From Myxococcota bacterium (GTDB taxonomy: Bacteria; Myxococcota_A; UBA9160; JAFDDA01): 64,000 nucleotides of DNA. Location: assembly GCA_965228475.1 (NCBI GenBank), contig OZ245817.1, positions 4,704,001 to 4,768,000 on the forward strand. The letters are read 5' to 3'. The translations under genes were made by a program, and so were the position numbers. The notes below the pieces were generated by a model. It saw only the letters and a list, made by a program, of their open reading frames with translations, did no database searches and was not told the origin of the DNA. Shown piece by piece: positions 27,212 to 35,971 of the stretch (positions are counted from its first letter, which is position 1; each line of letters begins with the position of its first letter).

Positions 27212-27628
27212 TCAATCGACGTGCTTGGGTTCCGGCGAGTGGTGGTACTCGACCTCGCCGAACGCGTCGGCGGCGAGCACGTAGAGTAGCCGCATCGGCG
27301 CCGGGCCGGTGTTCACCGCGACGTGTTCGCAGCCACCGGGCAGGTAGACCGCCGAACCCGGCCGCAGCGCATGGACCTCCCCGTCGATGAAGACGGCGCC
27401 CTCCCCTTCGAGGAGGAAGTAGACCTCGGCCTGGGCGTGGTGGTGGCTGACGGCCGGGGAACCGGGCTCCCGCGGCGGGAGCTCCGCCACGCCGAGGGTG
27501 AAGCCGCGGGTCGGCGTGCGGTCCGCGGAGAAGAGCGTCCGCCAGGCGACGTGCCCCGCCGTCGCCTCGTTCCAACTCTCGAGGGTCACCTCGTCCGCGT
27601 GGACGACGAGCGCGCGCTCCTTGGTCAC
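27212..27628 (-). CDS. Cupin domain protein, DddW-like
   Basis: WRTLFSADRTPT, cupin motif 1 HHHAQAEVYFLLEGEG, motif 2 PGGCEH. Confidence 0.75.
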   Translation of the reverse strand: MTKERALVVHADEVTLESWNEATAGHVAWRTLFSADRTPTRGFTLGVAELPPREPGSPAVSHHHAQAEVYFLLEGEGAVFIDGEVHALRPGSAVYLPGGCEHVAVNTGPAPMRLLYVLAADAFGEVEYHHSPEPKHVD

Positions 27629-27640
27629 GGACGGCGCCCG

Positions 27641-29341
27641 CTAGGGGTTCATCGTGTAGGCGCCGTCGAGGGGCTCGACGTGGCGCTTCCAGACCCGCTC
27701 GTAGCGCTCGGCGTCGTGGGCCGGCTTGCGCATCATCTCCTGGCAACGCACCTGCTGGGCCTCGTTGCTGCTCGGCTGGCCGTAGAGGCCGAGCGCGTGC
27801 TCGCCGACGTCGCGCACCATGAACTCGAAGATCTGGTCGAGGAGATCGTCGTCGAGCTCGTAGATGCGCGCGTTCTCGAGGAGGAGCTGCGCGTAGACCA
27901 CCAGGGCGAAGATCTCGCCTCCCGCCATCAGGAAGTCGACGTCCTTCATCTGATCGGGCCCGGGCGGCGACTCCTGGAGCAGCGAGCGGAAGGCCTCGAC
28001 CTGCTCGGCGAAGATCTTCACGTTCGGGACGTCGACGCCCTCGAAGGCCTTGCGGTAGTCGTGGAACTGGATCTGGGAGAGGCCGCGCGTCGAGCCCTGG
28101 TCGAAGAGGAAGTCGTCGTTCGCGCCGTGGTCCTGCCGCGCGATCTCCGGGTACTCGGCCGGGTTGAAGAAGAAGTTCGGCATGAACTTCGCGATCAGCG
28201 CGATGTTCACGTGGACCGTCCCTTCGAGCTTCGGCAGCGCCCGGATGTCGACGGCCGCCTGGCTGAAGTACATGTCCTTCTCGAAGCCCTTGGCCGCGAT
28301 CGCGTCCCAGAGCAGGTTGATCACGGACTCGCCCTGGGTCGTGACCTTCATCTTCACCATCGGGTTGTAGAGCAGGTAGCGGCGGTCGGAGGCCGAGGCG
28401 CTCCGCATGTAGTCCGCCGCGCGCAGGGCGAAGAGCTTCATCGCCGTGAGGCGCGCATGGCCCTCGACGAACATGCGCCGCACGTGGGACATGTCCGTGA
28501 CCTTCATGCCGTAGAGCACGCGGTTGTGGGCGTGGGTGATGGCCTCGTAGAGGGCGTGGGTGCACATCCCGATCGAGGCCCAGCCGAGGTTGTACTTGCC
28601 GATGTTCACCGTGTTGAGCGCGGCGTCCCAGGCGGCGCGGCCCTTGTGGAGGATGTCCTCCTCGCGCACGGGGTAGTCGCGCAGCTCGTACTCGCTCACG
28701 TAGTTCTGGCTCGCGACGACGTTCTTCACGAGGTGGTAGTTCTCGTGCTTCGGGTCGGCCGCGAAGAAGACGTACTCGTCGTCGTCCGCGAAGCGGCCGA
28801 AGGTCGAGACGATGGCGGCTTCGTTGCCGTTCCCGATGTAGTACTTGCGGCCGTTCGCGCGCCAGCCGGGGAGCGACTCGTCGCGCGTCAGCACCATGTC
28901 CGTCGAGTAGATGTCGGCGCCGTGGTCTTTCTCGGAGAGGCCGAAGGCGAAGATGCCGCCGTCCTCGATGGCCTTCGCCGTCCGCTTGCGCATCGCCTCG
29001 TTCTCGCTCATCCAGAGCGGCCCGAGCCCGAGCACCGAGACCTGCCAGACGTACCAGTACTGGAGCCCGTAGAAGCCCAGGATCTCGGCGAACTCGCAGA
29101 TGCGCCAGGTGTCCCAGCGCGCGTCCGAGGCGCCCTCGCCTTCGGGCGTGCACAGCGTCGCGAACAGGCGCTCCTTGCCGGCGTACTCGACGAAGTCCGA
29201 GTACCAGGGGCGGTCGTAGTAGTCGGCGAGCAGCCGCTCCTTCCCCTTGTTCTCGAAGAACGCGACGGTCTTGCGCATGACCTCGGCGGAGCGCTCGTCG
29301 GGGTAGGGACGGGTGAGGTTCTTCGGGTCGAGCAGGATCAT
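27641..29341 (-). CDS. Acyl-CoA dehydrogenase
   Basis: FAFGLSEKDHGAD, ANGRKYYIGNG, TVNIGK, AAKGF, LEGT. Confidence 0.9.
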   Translation of the reverse strand: MILLDPKNLTRPYPDERSAEVMRKTVAFFENKGKERLLADYYDRPWYSDFVEYAGKERLFATLCTPEGEGASDARWDTWRICEFAEILGFYGLQYWYVWQVSVLGLGPLWMSENEAMRKRTAKAIEDGGIFAFGLSEKDHGADIYSTDMVLTRDESLPGWRANGRKYYIGNGNEAAIVSTFGRFADDDEYVFFAADPKHENYHLVKNVVASQNYVSEYELRDYPVREEDILHKGRAAWDAALNTVNIGKYNLGWASIGMCTHALYEAITHAHNRVLYGMKVTDMSHVRRMFVEGHARLTAMKLFALRAADYMRSASASDRRYLLYNPMVKMKVTTQGESVINLLWDAIAAKGFEKDMYFSQAAVDIRALPKLEGTVHVNIALIAKFMPNFFFNPAEYPEIARQDHGANDDFLFDQGSTRGLSQIQFHDYRKAFEGVDVPNVKIFAEQVEAFRSLLQESPPGPDQMKDVDFLMAGGEIFALVVYAQLLLENARIYELDDDLLDQIFEFMVRDVGEHALGLYGQPSSNEAQQVRCQEMMRKPAHDAERYERVWKRHVEPLDGAYTMNP

Positions 29342-29426
29342 GGGGCGTCCTTGGGTGGGGCGGCGCTTCGCGCGCCGTGGCGGGCGACGTTCTTCGCCCG
29401 GACGGACGATCTTCGCACGAATCCGG

Positions 29427-30134
29427 CTAGAAGACGATCTCCATGGGGAGCCCGGCCGCGTCGAGGACCGGCTCGGCGGGGAGCGTCTCCGCCTCGCCCG
29501 CCGCGATCCGGTGCGCGGTGTAGAGGGCGGCGGCCGCGTCCACGATGTCGTCGTCCGCCAGCCAGCGACGAGGCTCGCCGCCGCGGGCGCGGGCGAGCAG
29601 GTCCGGGCCGAGCCAGGACTCGACGAGGCGGAGTCGCTCGGTCCGACCCTGCGGTCGCTTCTTCGCGAAGGCCATGGGCTCGCCTCCGTTCCAGACGAGG
29701 AAGGAGAGCTCCGGGTGGACCTCGCGGAAGGCCGCCCGGGCCGCCGGGTGCTCGGCGAGCAGCCGGTCGACCTCGCGGATCTTCGGGAAGAGGTTCCAGG
29801 CCTGCCGGCTCACGCGGCGGCCGTCCGCGCGCCGGGTGGTCTCGCAGGCCTCGGCGTAGTCGCTCGCCCCGAGCGCCGCGCGGATCGGCGCCGGGAACAC
29901 GCTTCGCCCCCGCGCCGGGCCGAGCCGGGCGCGCGCTGCGAGATCGCAGGCGCGGCTTCCCGCCTCGGGCAGGCCGATCGGAATGTCGATGGCGACGATC
30001 TCGGGAACGGGAGGCTTGCGCAGCAGGTCCGCCGCGTGCTCGATGTGGTCGAAGGCGACGGCGCCGGTCGCCCCGTTCCGCGAAGCGCGGAACCAGCCGC
30101 CGCGGCAGCCGTCGACGCCGGCGAGCCACGCCAC
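29427..30134 (-). CDS. DUF429 domain protein (predicted RNase H-like nuclease)
   Basis: AGVDGCRGGW, AIDIPIGL, SVFPAP, EVHPELSF, DDIVDA. Confidence 0.85.
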   Translation of the reverse strand: MAWLAGVDGCRGGWFRASRNGATGAVAFDHIEHAADLLRKPPVPEIVAIDIPIGLPEAGSRACDLAARARLGPARGRSVFPAPIRAALGASDYAEACETTRRADGRRVSRQAWNLFPKIREVDRLLAEHPAARAAFREVHPELSFLVWNGGEPMAFAKKRPQGRTERLRLVESWLGPDLLARARGGEPRRWLADDDIVDAAAALYTAHRIAAGEAETLPAEPVLDAAGLPMEIVF

Positions 30135-30137
30135 GGG

Positions 30138-31019
30138 CTAGAGCAGCTCGAGCTGGCCGTTCGCCTGCTCTCCCGACTCGCCCGGGAAGGGCGGCAGCTC
30201 GCCGAGATCCTGCTTCGTCCGCGGCGCGACGCGCGCGTGGAAATCCCGCGCGACCTCGGGCGTCCGCAGGTTGCTCGCCGTGTGGACGAAGAAGATCGGG
30301 TCGAGCCCGTCGTCGATCCAGCCTGCAACGCGCTCGGCCCACTCTTCCAGGTAGGGCTCGTTCGCCTCGTCGTCGGGATGGCCGACGAAGCGCACCATCG
30401 GCCGGCGCCCGACCGGCTCGGGCCGCACGGGCAGGTCCGGCTTCTTGTGGAGGGCCGCGAGCACCTCCGGGTGGTTCGGGTTCCCGGCGCGCAGCGCGCG
30501 CGTGTCCATCACGACGCGGTCGCAGCCGCGCTCCGAGAGCAGCTCGTCCGCGTGGCCCGCGAGGGCTGCATCGTAGAAGTAGTCCCGATGGCGGAGCTCC
30601 ACGGCCCACTCGAACTCGCGCGGTGCGCACTCGAGGAAGGCTTCGAGGTCGCGCAGCCGGTCCGGCCCGAAGTTCGGCGGGAGCTGCAGGAGGATCGGGC
30701 CGCAGCGTTCGCGCAGCGGCTCGATCGCGCGCAGGAACGCTTCGAGCGGCGCCTTGGCGTCGAGCAGCAGGCCGTCGTGGGTGATCTCGCGCGGAAGCTT
30801 GAAGGAGAAGCGGAAGTCCGGGGGCGTCTCGGCGAGCCAGCGTGCGACCGTCCGCGCGCTCGGCGCGCTGTAGAAGGTGGTGTTGCCCTCGACCGCGTTG
30901 AAGACGCGCGCGTACTGGCCGAGCCGGTCGCCCGGGCGGGCGTCGCGGCTGAAGAGCGAGCCGTTCCAGGGCTCGAAGCTCCATAAGGGCGCGCCGAGGG
31001 CGTAGCGGGCGAGGGTCAT
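30138..31019 (-). CDS. DUF72 domain protein (YecE-like)
   Basis: YARVFNAVEGNTTFY, FSFKLPREITH, LQLPP, AVELRH, FFVH. Confidence 0.9.
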   Translation of the reverse strand: MTLARYALGAPLWSFEPWNGSLFSRDARPGDRLGQYARVFNAVEGNTTFYSAPSARTVARWLAETPPDFRFSFKLPREITHDGLLLDAKAPLEAFLRAIEPLRERCGPILLQLPPNFGPDRLRDLEAFLECAPREFEWAVELRHRDYFYDAALAGHADELLSERGCDRVVMDTRALRAGNPNHPEVLAALHKKPDLPVRPEPVGRRPMVRFVGHPDDEANEPYLEEWAERVAGWIDDGLDPIFFVHTASNLRTPEVARDFHARVAPRTKQDLGELPPFPGESGEQANGQLELL

Positions 31020-31157
31020 GGGCGCAGCTTAACCCGGCGGGCGTGGGCGGCCGTCCGAGGCCGGCGCTTCACCGCGGACCGGCCGCATTGGTAGAATCGG
31101 ACGACGATGAGCAAGCAAGCCAGGCCTGGCGCGCCGGCCACGGGAAGCGGCGAAACC

Positions 31158-32141
31158 ATGTCCGCACGGAGCGAGAGCATCGGCGTCCCCGGCCCGGGCG
31201 TCGCAGTGGCCGTGCTCGTGGCCCTCGCCCTGTTCAACTTCGCGACGGGCGTCTTCCGTCCGAACGCGCTGCCCGACTACGCGGGCTCGGCGCGCCAGAT
31301 CATCGGCATGGGCCTGATGACGACGCTCCTCCCGGCCTACCTCATCGTCGCCACCTGGTTCGGCCAGCGCCGCTCCTTCGCGCTGCTCGAGGCGCTGCGA
31401 AGCCGGCTCCCCGACCCGGCGCCCATCGATGCGGCGAGCCAAACGCTGCGGGGCGGCCTCCGGGCGACGTGGGTGCAGGGGATCGTGCTCGGCTGCTTCC
31501 TCGCCCTCTTCAACACCCAGCCCGTCGAGGCCCTGCGCGGCCCGCTGCCCGTGCTCGAGGGCGCGATCTCCTTCGGACAGTTCGCGCTCTGGATCGCGGT
31601 GGCGCTCCTGTTCGGGGTGCGACGAAAAGCCGCGCACGCCTTCCGCGAGCTCGCGCGAATCGTTCCGATCGATCTATTTCGCCCTGAGACGCAGCGCCTC
31701 ATCGCGCGCTCGGGCGTCGTCGACGTCGCCGTCGTCGCGGGCGCGCTGCTCTTCACGCCGCTGCAATCCCTCGACGCCGAGTTCCGCTGGTACAACTACC
31801 ACTTCGGTCTGCTCGTGGCGCTTCCCGCCGCCGCCTTCTTCCTGCTGTGGCCCATCACCCCACTCCACCGCCGTAACCAGGTGGAACGCGACGCCCAGCT
31901 CGCTGCGCTCGACGCGAAACTCGACGAAACACTGCACGGTGACGGGCGCACAGCGAGCGAAGACGGAGCGATCGGCCGGCTGGAAACGCTCCTCGCGCAC
32001 CGCGATCGCATCGCACGCGTGCGGACGTGGCCCCTCAGCACCGGCCTCCTCTCGCGCGTTTTCCTCTACCTCGTGATTCCGCCGCTCGCCTGGGCCGCCG
32101 CCGCCGTCGTCGAACGCTTCGTAGACCAGATGCTCGGCTGA
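31158..32141 (+). CDS. Hypothetical multi-pass membrane protein
   Basis: About 7 hydrophobic segments, C-terminal TWP...LYLVIPPLAW; start could also be 31107. Confidence 0.7.
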   Translation: MSARSESIGVPGPGVAVAVLVALALFNFATGVFRPNALPDYAGSARQIIGMGLMTTLLPAYLIVATWFGQRRSFALLEALRSRLPDPAPIDAASQTLRGGLRATWVQGIVLGCFLALFNTQPVEALRGPLPVLEGAISFGQFALWIAVALLFGVRRKAAHAFRELARIVPIDLFRPETQRLIARSGVVDVAVVAGALLFTPLQSLDAEFRWYNYHFGLLVALPAAAFFLLWPITPLHRRNQVERDAQLAALDAKLDETLHGDGRTASEDGAIGRLETLLAHRDRIARVRTWPLSTGLLSRVFLYLVIPPLAWAAAAVVERFVDQMLG

Positions 32142-32253
32142 AGAGTCTCAGCGACCCGTACGACCTTTTCGGTTGCACGCCTCAACGTCACCCATTTGGG
32201 GAATGCAACGGACGCGGAGTTCGCGTAGAAACGAGTCGAGGCCACGCCTGCTC

Positions 32254-32589
32254 GTGTCGCGCTACCAACGTTCCGTGGAGATCGAAGACCTCGTCGTCGC
32301 CCTGGCGGTGACCCGCCAGGGGCTCACCATCTCGGACATCGCCGAGCGCTACGACGTCTCCCGCCGAACCGCCGAGCGCATGCGCGACGCCGTCGGCGAA
32401 CGCTTCCCCCTGGTCGAAGCCGCCCGCAGCGGCGGCGAGCGCCGCAAGCGCTGGCGCATCGAAGGCCCGACGGGCTCCGTCCTCGCCACGATCGACGCTC
32501 AGGGCCGAGCGGTGCTCGCCCGCGCCGTCGCCGCCCTGCGCGAAGCCGGCCGGGTCGAACTCGCCGCCGAGCTCGAGAAGCTCGGATGA
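32254..32589 (+). CDS. Stand-alone HTH protein resembling the N-terminus of WYL/DriD-type regulators (possibly truncated)
   Basis: GLTISDIAERYDVSRRTAERMRDAV...KRWRI; no WYL domain follows. Confidence 0.65.
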   Translation: MSRYQRSVEIEDLVVALAVTRQGLTISDIAERYDVSRRTAERMRDAVGERFPLVEAARSGGERRKRWRIEGPTGSVLATIDAQGRAVLARAVAALREAGRVELAAELEKLG

Positions 32590-32868
32590 AGGGAGCGCGC
32601 GCGCGGCTCGGGAAGCCGCCCTCATCCCTTCGGAGCTCGCGGAAAGCCACTCGCTCGCGCCCCCCAGCGGATCGCGCGTGCGGCAGGCGGCGGCGCTGCG
32701 GGCACCCCCGGCTCCGCCGTCTGCTCTCCGCGAGCGCTGCGCCGCAATAGATAGGACCCGACGCCCCGATTGCTGAGGCAGGGTGTCTCGCCCGCGCCCG
32801 GAGCAACCCGCATGCGGCTCGCGCGGGCGGTACGTCTCCTGCAAGATCTCCGCACAGGAGACCCGTCC

Positions 32869-33363
32869 ATGCCCTACCGGTTGAGCGACCTGATGACGCG
32901 GACCGTCCGGTCCGTGAAAGCCGACGAACCGCTGCTCGACGTGCAGTGGCTCTTCGTCGAGCAAGGCTTCCACGGCGCCCCCGTCGTCGACGACGGCGAC
33001 CGCCTCATCGGCGTCATCAGCACCAGCGACCTGCTCCGCGCCGCGACCGCCGAACTCGAGCCGGTCCCCGACACCGAGGCCTACCTGCGAGACCTGGTCG
33101 AGTTCGCCGCCGTCTTCTCGGACCCCAAGAACCGGCCCGAGCTCAGCGACCTGCAAGAGCGGCTCGCCCACCAGACCGTCGCCGACTTCATGACCCGCGA
33201 CGTCGTCTCCGTCCCCGAGGAAACCCCCGTCGCCGAGGTCGCCCGCCTCCTCCGCGAACACCAGATCCACCGCGTCTGGGTCGTTAACGAAGGCCGCGTC
33301 AGCGGCGTCGTCTCGACCTTCGACCTGCTGCCGGTGATCGAGGAGCTGGCGGGCTCCGCCTAG
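32869..33363 (+). CDS. CBS domain pair protein
   Basis: LSDLMTR...HGAPVVD...LIGVISTSDLL; VADFMTRDVV...IHRVWV...GVVSTFDLL; AGGAG RBS. Confidence 0.88.
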   Translation: MPYRLSDLMTRTVRSVKADEPLLDVQWLFVEQGFHGAPVVDDGDRLIGVISTSDLLRAATAELEPVPDTEAYLRDLVEFAAVFSDPKNRPELSDLQERLAHQTVADFMTRDVVSVPEETPVAEVARLLREHQIHRVWVVNEGRVSGVVSTFDLLPVIEELAGSA

Positions 33364-33376
33364 CGGGCGTCGAGCG

Positions 33377-33449
33377 TGGGCCCTCCAGGATTCGAACCTG
33401 GGTCCCTCCGGTTATGAGCCGGGTGCTCTAACCACTGAGCTAAGGGCCC
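33377..33449 (-). tRNA. tRNA with CAT anticodon, most likely tRNA-Ile2 (lysidine-modified); CCA not encoded
   Basis: GGGCCCTTAGCTCAGTGGTTAGAGCACCCGGCTCATAACCGGAGGGACCCAGGTTCGAATCCTGGAGGGCCCA; full cloverleaf, paired 1:72 and no 3 G-C anticodon stem so not initiator; 5' end resembles ileX-type tRNAs. Confidence 0.92.
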
Positions 33450-33513
33450 GGGCGGCAGGCTAACGGAGGTGCGGCGGGGTTGCCGTCGGGCTGCTGGGGC
33501 GCTGCCGGTCGGG

Positions 33514-33529
33514 TGTGAATTCACTCACA
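33514..33529. promoter_or_regulatory. CRP-family consensus site
   Basis: TGTGA-ATTCAC-TCACA, perfect TGTGA-N6-TCACA. Confidence 0.6.
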
Positions 33530-33550
33530 TTGACCCGTTTTGGGGTCAAT
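33529..33550. promoter_or_regulatory. Second dyad, candidate operator
   Basis: ATTGACCC-GTTTTG-GGGTCAAT. Confidence 0.5.
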
Positions 33551-33615
33551 TCCACTCAGCCTTTCTCCGATCTCTCTTGCCAAGGCCCGCGTGGGGACGC
33601 GGCGAGAGGACCGAG

Positions 33616-34290
33616 ATGAGTCGACGAACGTTTTTGCCCTGCCTGTTCAGCCTGCTGCTCGCCGTTGCCGGTGCGCTGCCGGCGCGGGCGGCGACGATGA
33701 TCACGAGCGCGAGCGACGCGGCCCTGGTGGGCGCGACGGTGCTGACCTTCAACGGCCAGGCCGACAACACGAACTTCCTGACGACGACGATCGGGAACAC
33801 CACGGTGCTCTCGAACTCGAACACGCTCCGCTTCGACAACCAGTACGCGGCGCAGTTCGGCACCACGGGCATCGCGCTCGAGACGCGCGCCGGGGGCTCG
33901 AACGACGACATCGAGTTCCGCTTCGCCTCCCACGTGGTGGCGGTCGGCTTCAACATCAACGCCCTCGACATCGACCTCACGATGAACCTCTACGACGTGA
34001 ACGACGTCCTGATCGACAGCTTCACGATCCAGAACCAGCCCGGGCAGGGGCTCAGCGGAAACAACCGCCGCGGCTACGCGGGCGCGAGCTCGCCCGATGC
34101 GCCGATCGCGCGCGTGCAGCTCGTGAACGCGAGCCAGCACGACTTCTTCCTGATCGACAACCTCGCGACGGTCGTCCCGGAAGTCGGCGCGGCGCTCCTG
34201 CTGCTCGGCGGCCTGGCCGGGCTCGGCTGGCTCGGGCGGCCCATCCGGCTGCGTGAAGGCCTGCGCGAAGAGCACGTCACCACCCACTAG
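33616..34290 (+). CDS. PEP-CTERM-like exosortase substrate (secreted)
   Basis: Signal peptide, Asn/Thr-rich beta domain, C-terminal VPEVGAALLLLGGLAGLGWLGR + basic residues. Confidence 0.75.
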   Translation: MSRRTFLPCLFSLLLAVAGALPARAATMITSASDAALVGATVLTFNGQADNTNFLTTTIGNTTVLSNSNTLRFDNQYAAQFGTTGIALETRAGGSNDDIEFRFASHVVAVGFNINALDIDLTMNLYDVNDVLIDSFTIQNQPGQGLSGNNRRGYAGASSPDAPIARVQLVNASQHDFFLIDNLATVVPEVGAALLLLGGLAGLGWLGRPIRLREGLREEHVTTH

Positions 34291-34337
34291 CCGCGGCCCT
34301 TTTCCGCCCACAGGCCCGCCGCGTGTATGATCGCGCG

Positions 34338-35453
34338 ATGGGCTCCGATGCGTTGAACGCGCTCTACGACGCCGTCGAAGAGGACACCGCGAGCAAGGGC
34401 TGCGCCGCGCAGGTGGCCCTCGCCCGCGGCGGGGAGCTGCTCGGCACGCGCACCTTCGGCGATGCCCCCGCCGGCGACGCCACGCTCTTCTCGATCTTCT
34501 CCGTCACCAAAGCCTTCACCTCCGCGGTGGCCTGGCTGCTCCTCGCCGACGGGGAACTCTCGCTCGGGGATCGCGCGGCCGACCTCATCCCCGAGTTCGA
34601 GAGCCACGGCAAGGGCATCGTGACCGTCGAGCAGCTGCTCACGCACACCGCCGGCTTCCCGAATGCCGTGCTCCCGACGCGCGACTGGCCCGACCCGGCA
34701 CGCCGTCTCGAGCACTTCGCCTCCTGGCCGCTCGAGTGGGAGCCGGGAAGCCGCTTCGTCTACCACGGCGGCTCGACGATGTGGGTGCTCGCCGAGCTCA
34801 TCACGCGCGTGGCGGGCCGCGACTACCGCGCCTTCCAGCGCGAGCGGATCTTCGAGCCGCTCGGCCTCGCCGATCTCCACAACGGCCTGCCCGACGAAGC
34901 CGCCGCGCGTGTCGCCGACGTGCGCGTCGTCGGCGAGGAACCGACGGAGGCGGAGCGCGCCGTCTCCCCCGTCGACGCTCCGATGATCGGCGAAGAAACC
35001 CTCGCGCACGCGAACCGCGCCGAGGACCGCGCCATCGGCCACCCCGGCGGCGGCATCATCGCGACCGCCGCCGACGTCGCGCGCTTCTATCAGGCCCTGC
35101 TCGAAGACGAAGCGGGCGATCCGAAGGGGCGCGAGCGCCTCTGGCCCGCCGCGCTCCTGCGCGACGCCTGGACCCCGCGCCACACGGAACTGATCGATCC
35201 GATGACCGGACATCCGGCCCTGCGCGGGCTCGGCGTCGTCGTCGCGGGCGAGGAAGGCAAGCTCTGGCGCGGCTTCGCCGAGACGTGTTCGCCCCGGGCC
35301 TTCGGCCACATGGGCGCTGGCGGGCAGATTTCCTGGGCCGACCCGGAGACCGGACTCGTCTTCGTCTACCTGACCAACGGCGCCGAGCGCGACCCGGCGC
35401 GCCAGGGTCTACGCGGCTTCCGTCTCTCCACCCTCGCCGCAGCCTGCGCGTGA
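34338..35453 (+). CDS. Serine hydrolase, beta-lactamase family
   Basis: FSVTK (SxxK), LLTHTAG, YHG, FGHMGAGG. Confidence 0.9.
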   Translation: MGSDALNALYDAVEEDTASKGCAAQVALARGGELLGTRTFGDAPAGDATLFSIFSVTKAFTSAVAWLLLADGELSLGDRAADLIPEFESHGKGIVTVEQLLTHTAGFPNAVLPTRDWPDPARRLEHFASWPLEWEPGSRFVYHGGSTMWVLAELITRVAGRDYRAFQRERIFEPLGLADLHNGLPDEAAARVADVRVVGEEPTEAERAVSPVDAPMIGEETLAHANRAEDRAIGHPGGGIIATAADVARFYQALLEDEAGDPKGRERLWPAALLRDAWTPRHTELIDPMTGHPALRGLGVVVAGEEGKLWRGFAETCSPRAFGHMGAGGQISWADPETGLVFVYLTNGAERDPARQGLRGFRLSTLAAACA

Positions 35454-35494
35454 ACGATCCGAGCTAAGCTCGCGTCTTCTTGGAGGAGGTGGCC

Positions 35495-35971
35495 ATGGCG
35501 ATCGAAGGGATCGGAAAGGCTCCGGGCAAGGGGGGCGGGCGCAACGCGAAGCTCCGCGCGCCCACGGTCTACAAGACGGAAGTCTTCGAGCGGATCGACC
35601 GCCTCTCGCGAGACCCCGAGCAGACCCGGCGCGCGATCGAGTCGCTGCGCAGCGGCTCGGGGCTCCTCGACGTCGCGAGCGAAGCGGGCGCCATCGGCGG
35701 CGGCGACGGACGCCGCGAGCACCTCGAACGCCACTGGCTCGGCAGCGAAACCGACCGCGAGGTTCTGCGGCGCGCACTCGTCCGCGCGGGCGAGCTCGTC
35801 CTCGAGCATCGCGTTCCGGCCGACGTCTACTGGGTGTTCGCGGGAGACCGGCGGGAGGTCGGCGTCTCCTACAGCGGGCAGCAGGTCACGGTGATCGTCG
35901 TGACGCCCTTCCCGGACGTCGAGACCGAAGGCGCCGCACCCGACCACCCGGCGATCGAGATCTTCCGCTAG
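35495..35971 (+). CDS. Hypothetical protein
   Basis: Strong GGAGGAGGT RBS, coding-like codon usage; no family recognised. Confidence 0.7.
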   Translation: MAIEGIGKAPGKGGGRNAKLRAPTVYKTEVFERIDRLSRDPEQTRRAIESLRSGSGLLDVASEAGAIGGGDGRREHLERHWLGSETDREVLRRALVRAGELVLEHRVPADVYWVFAGDRREVGVSYSGQQVTVIVVTPFPDVETEGAAPDHPAIEIFR

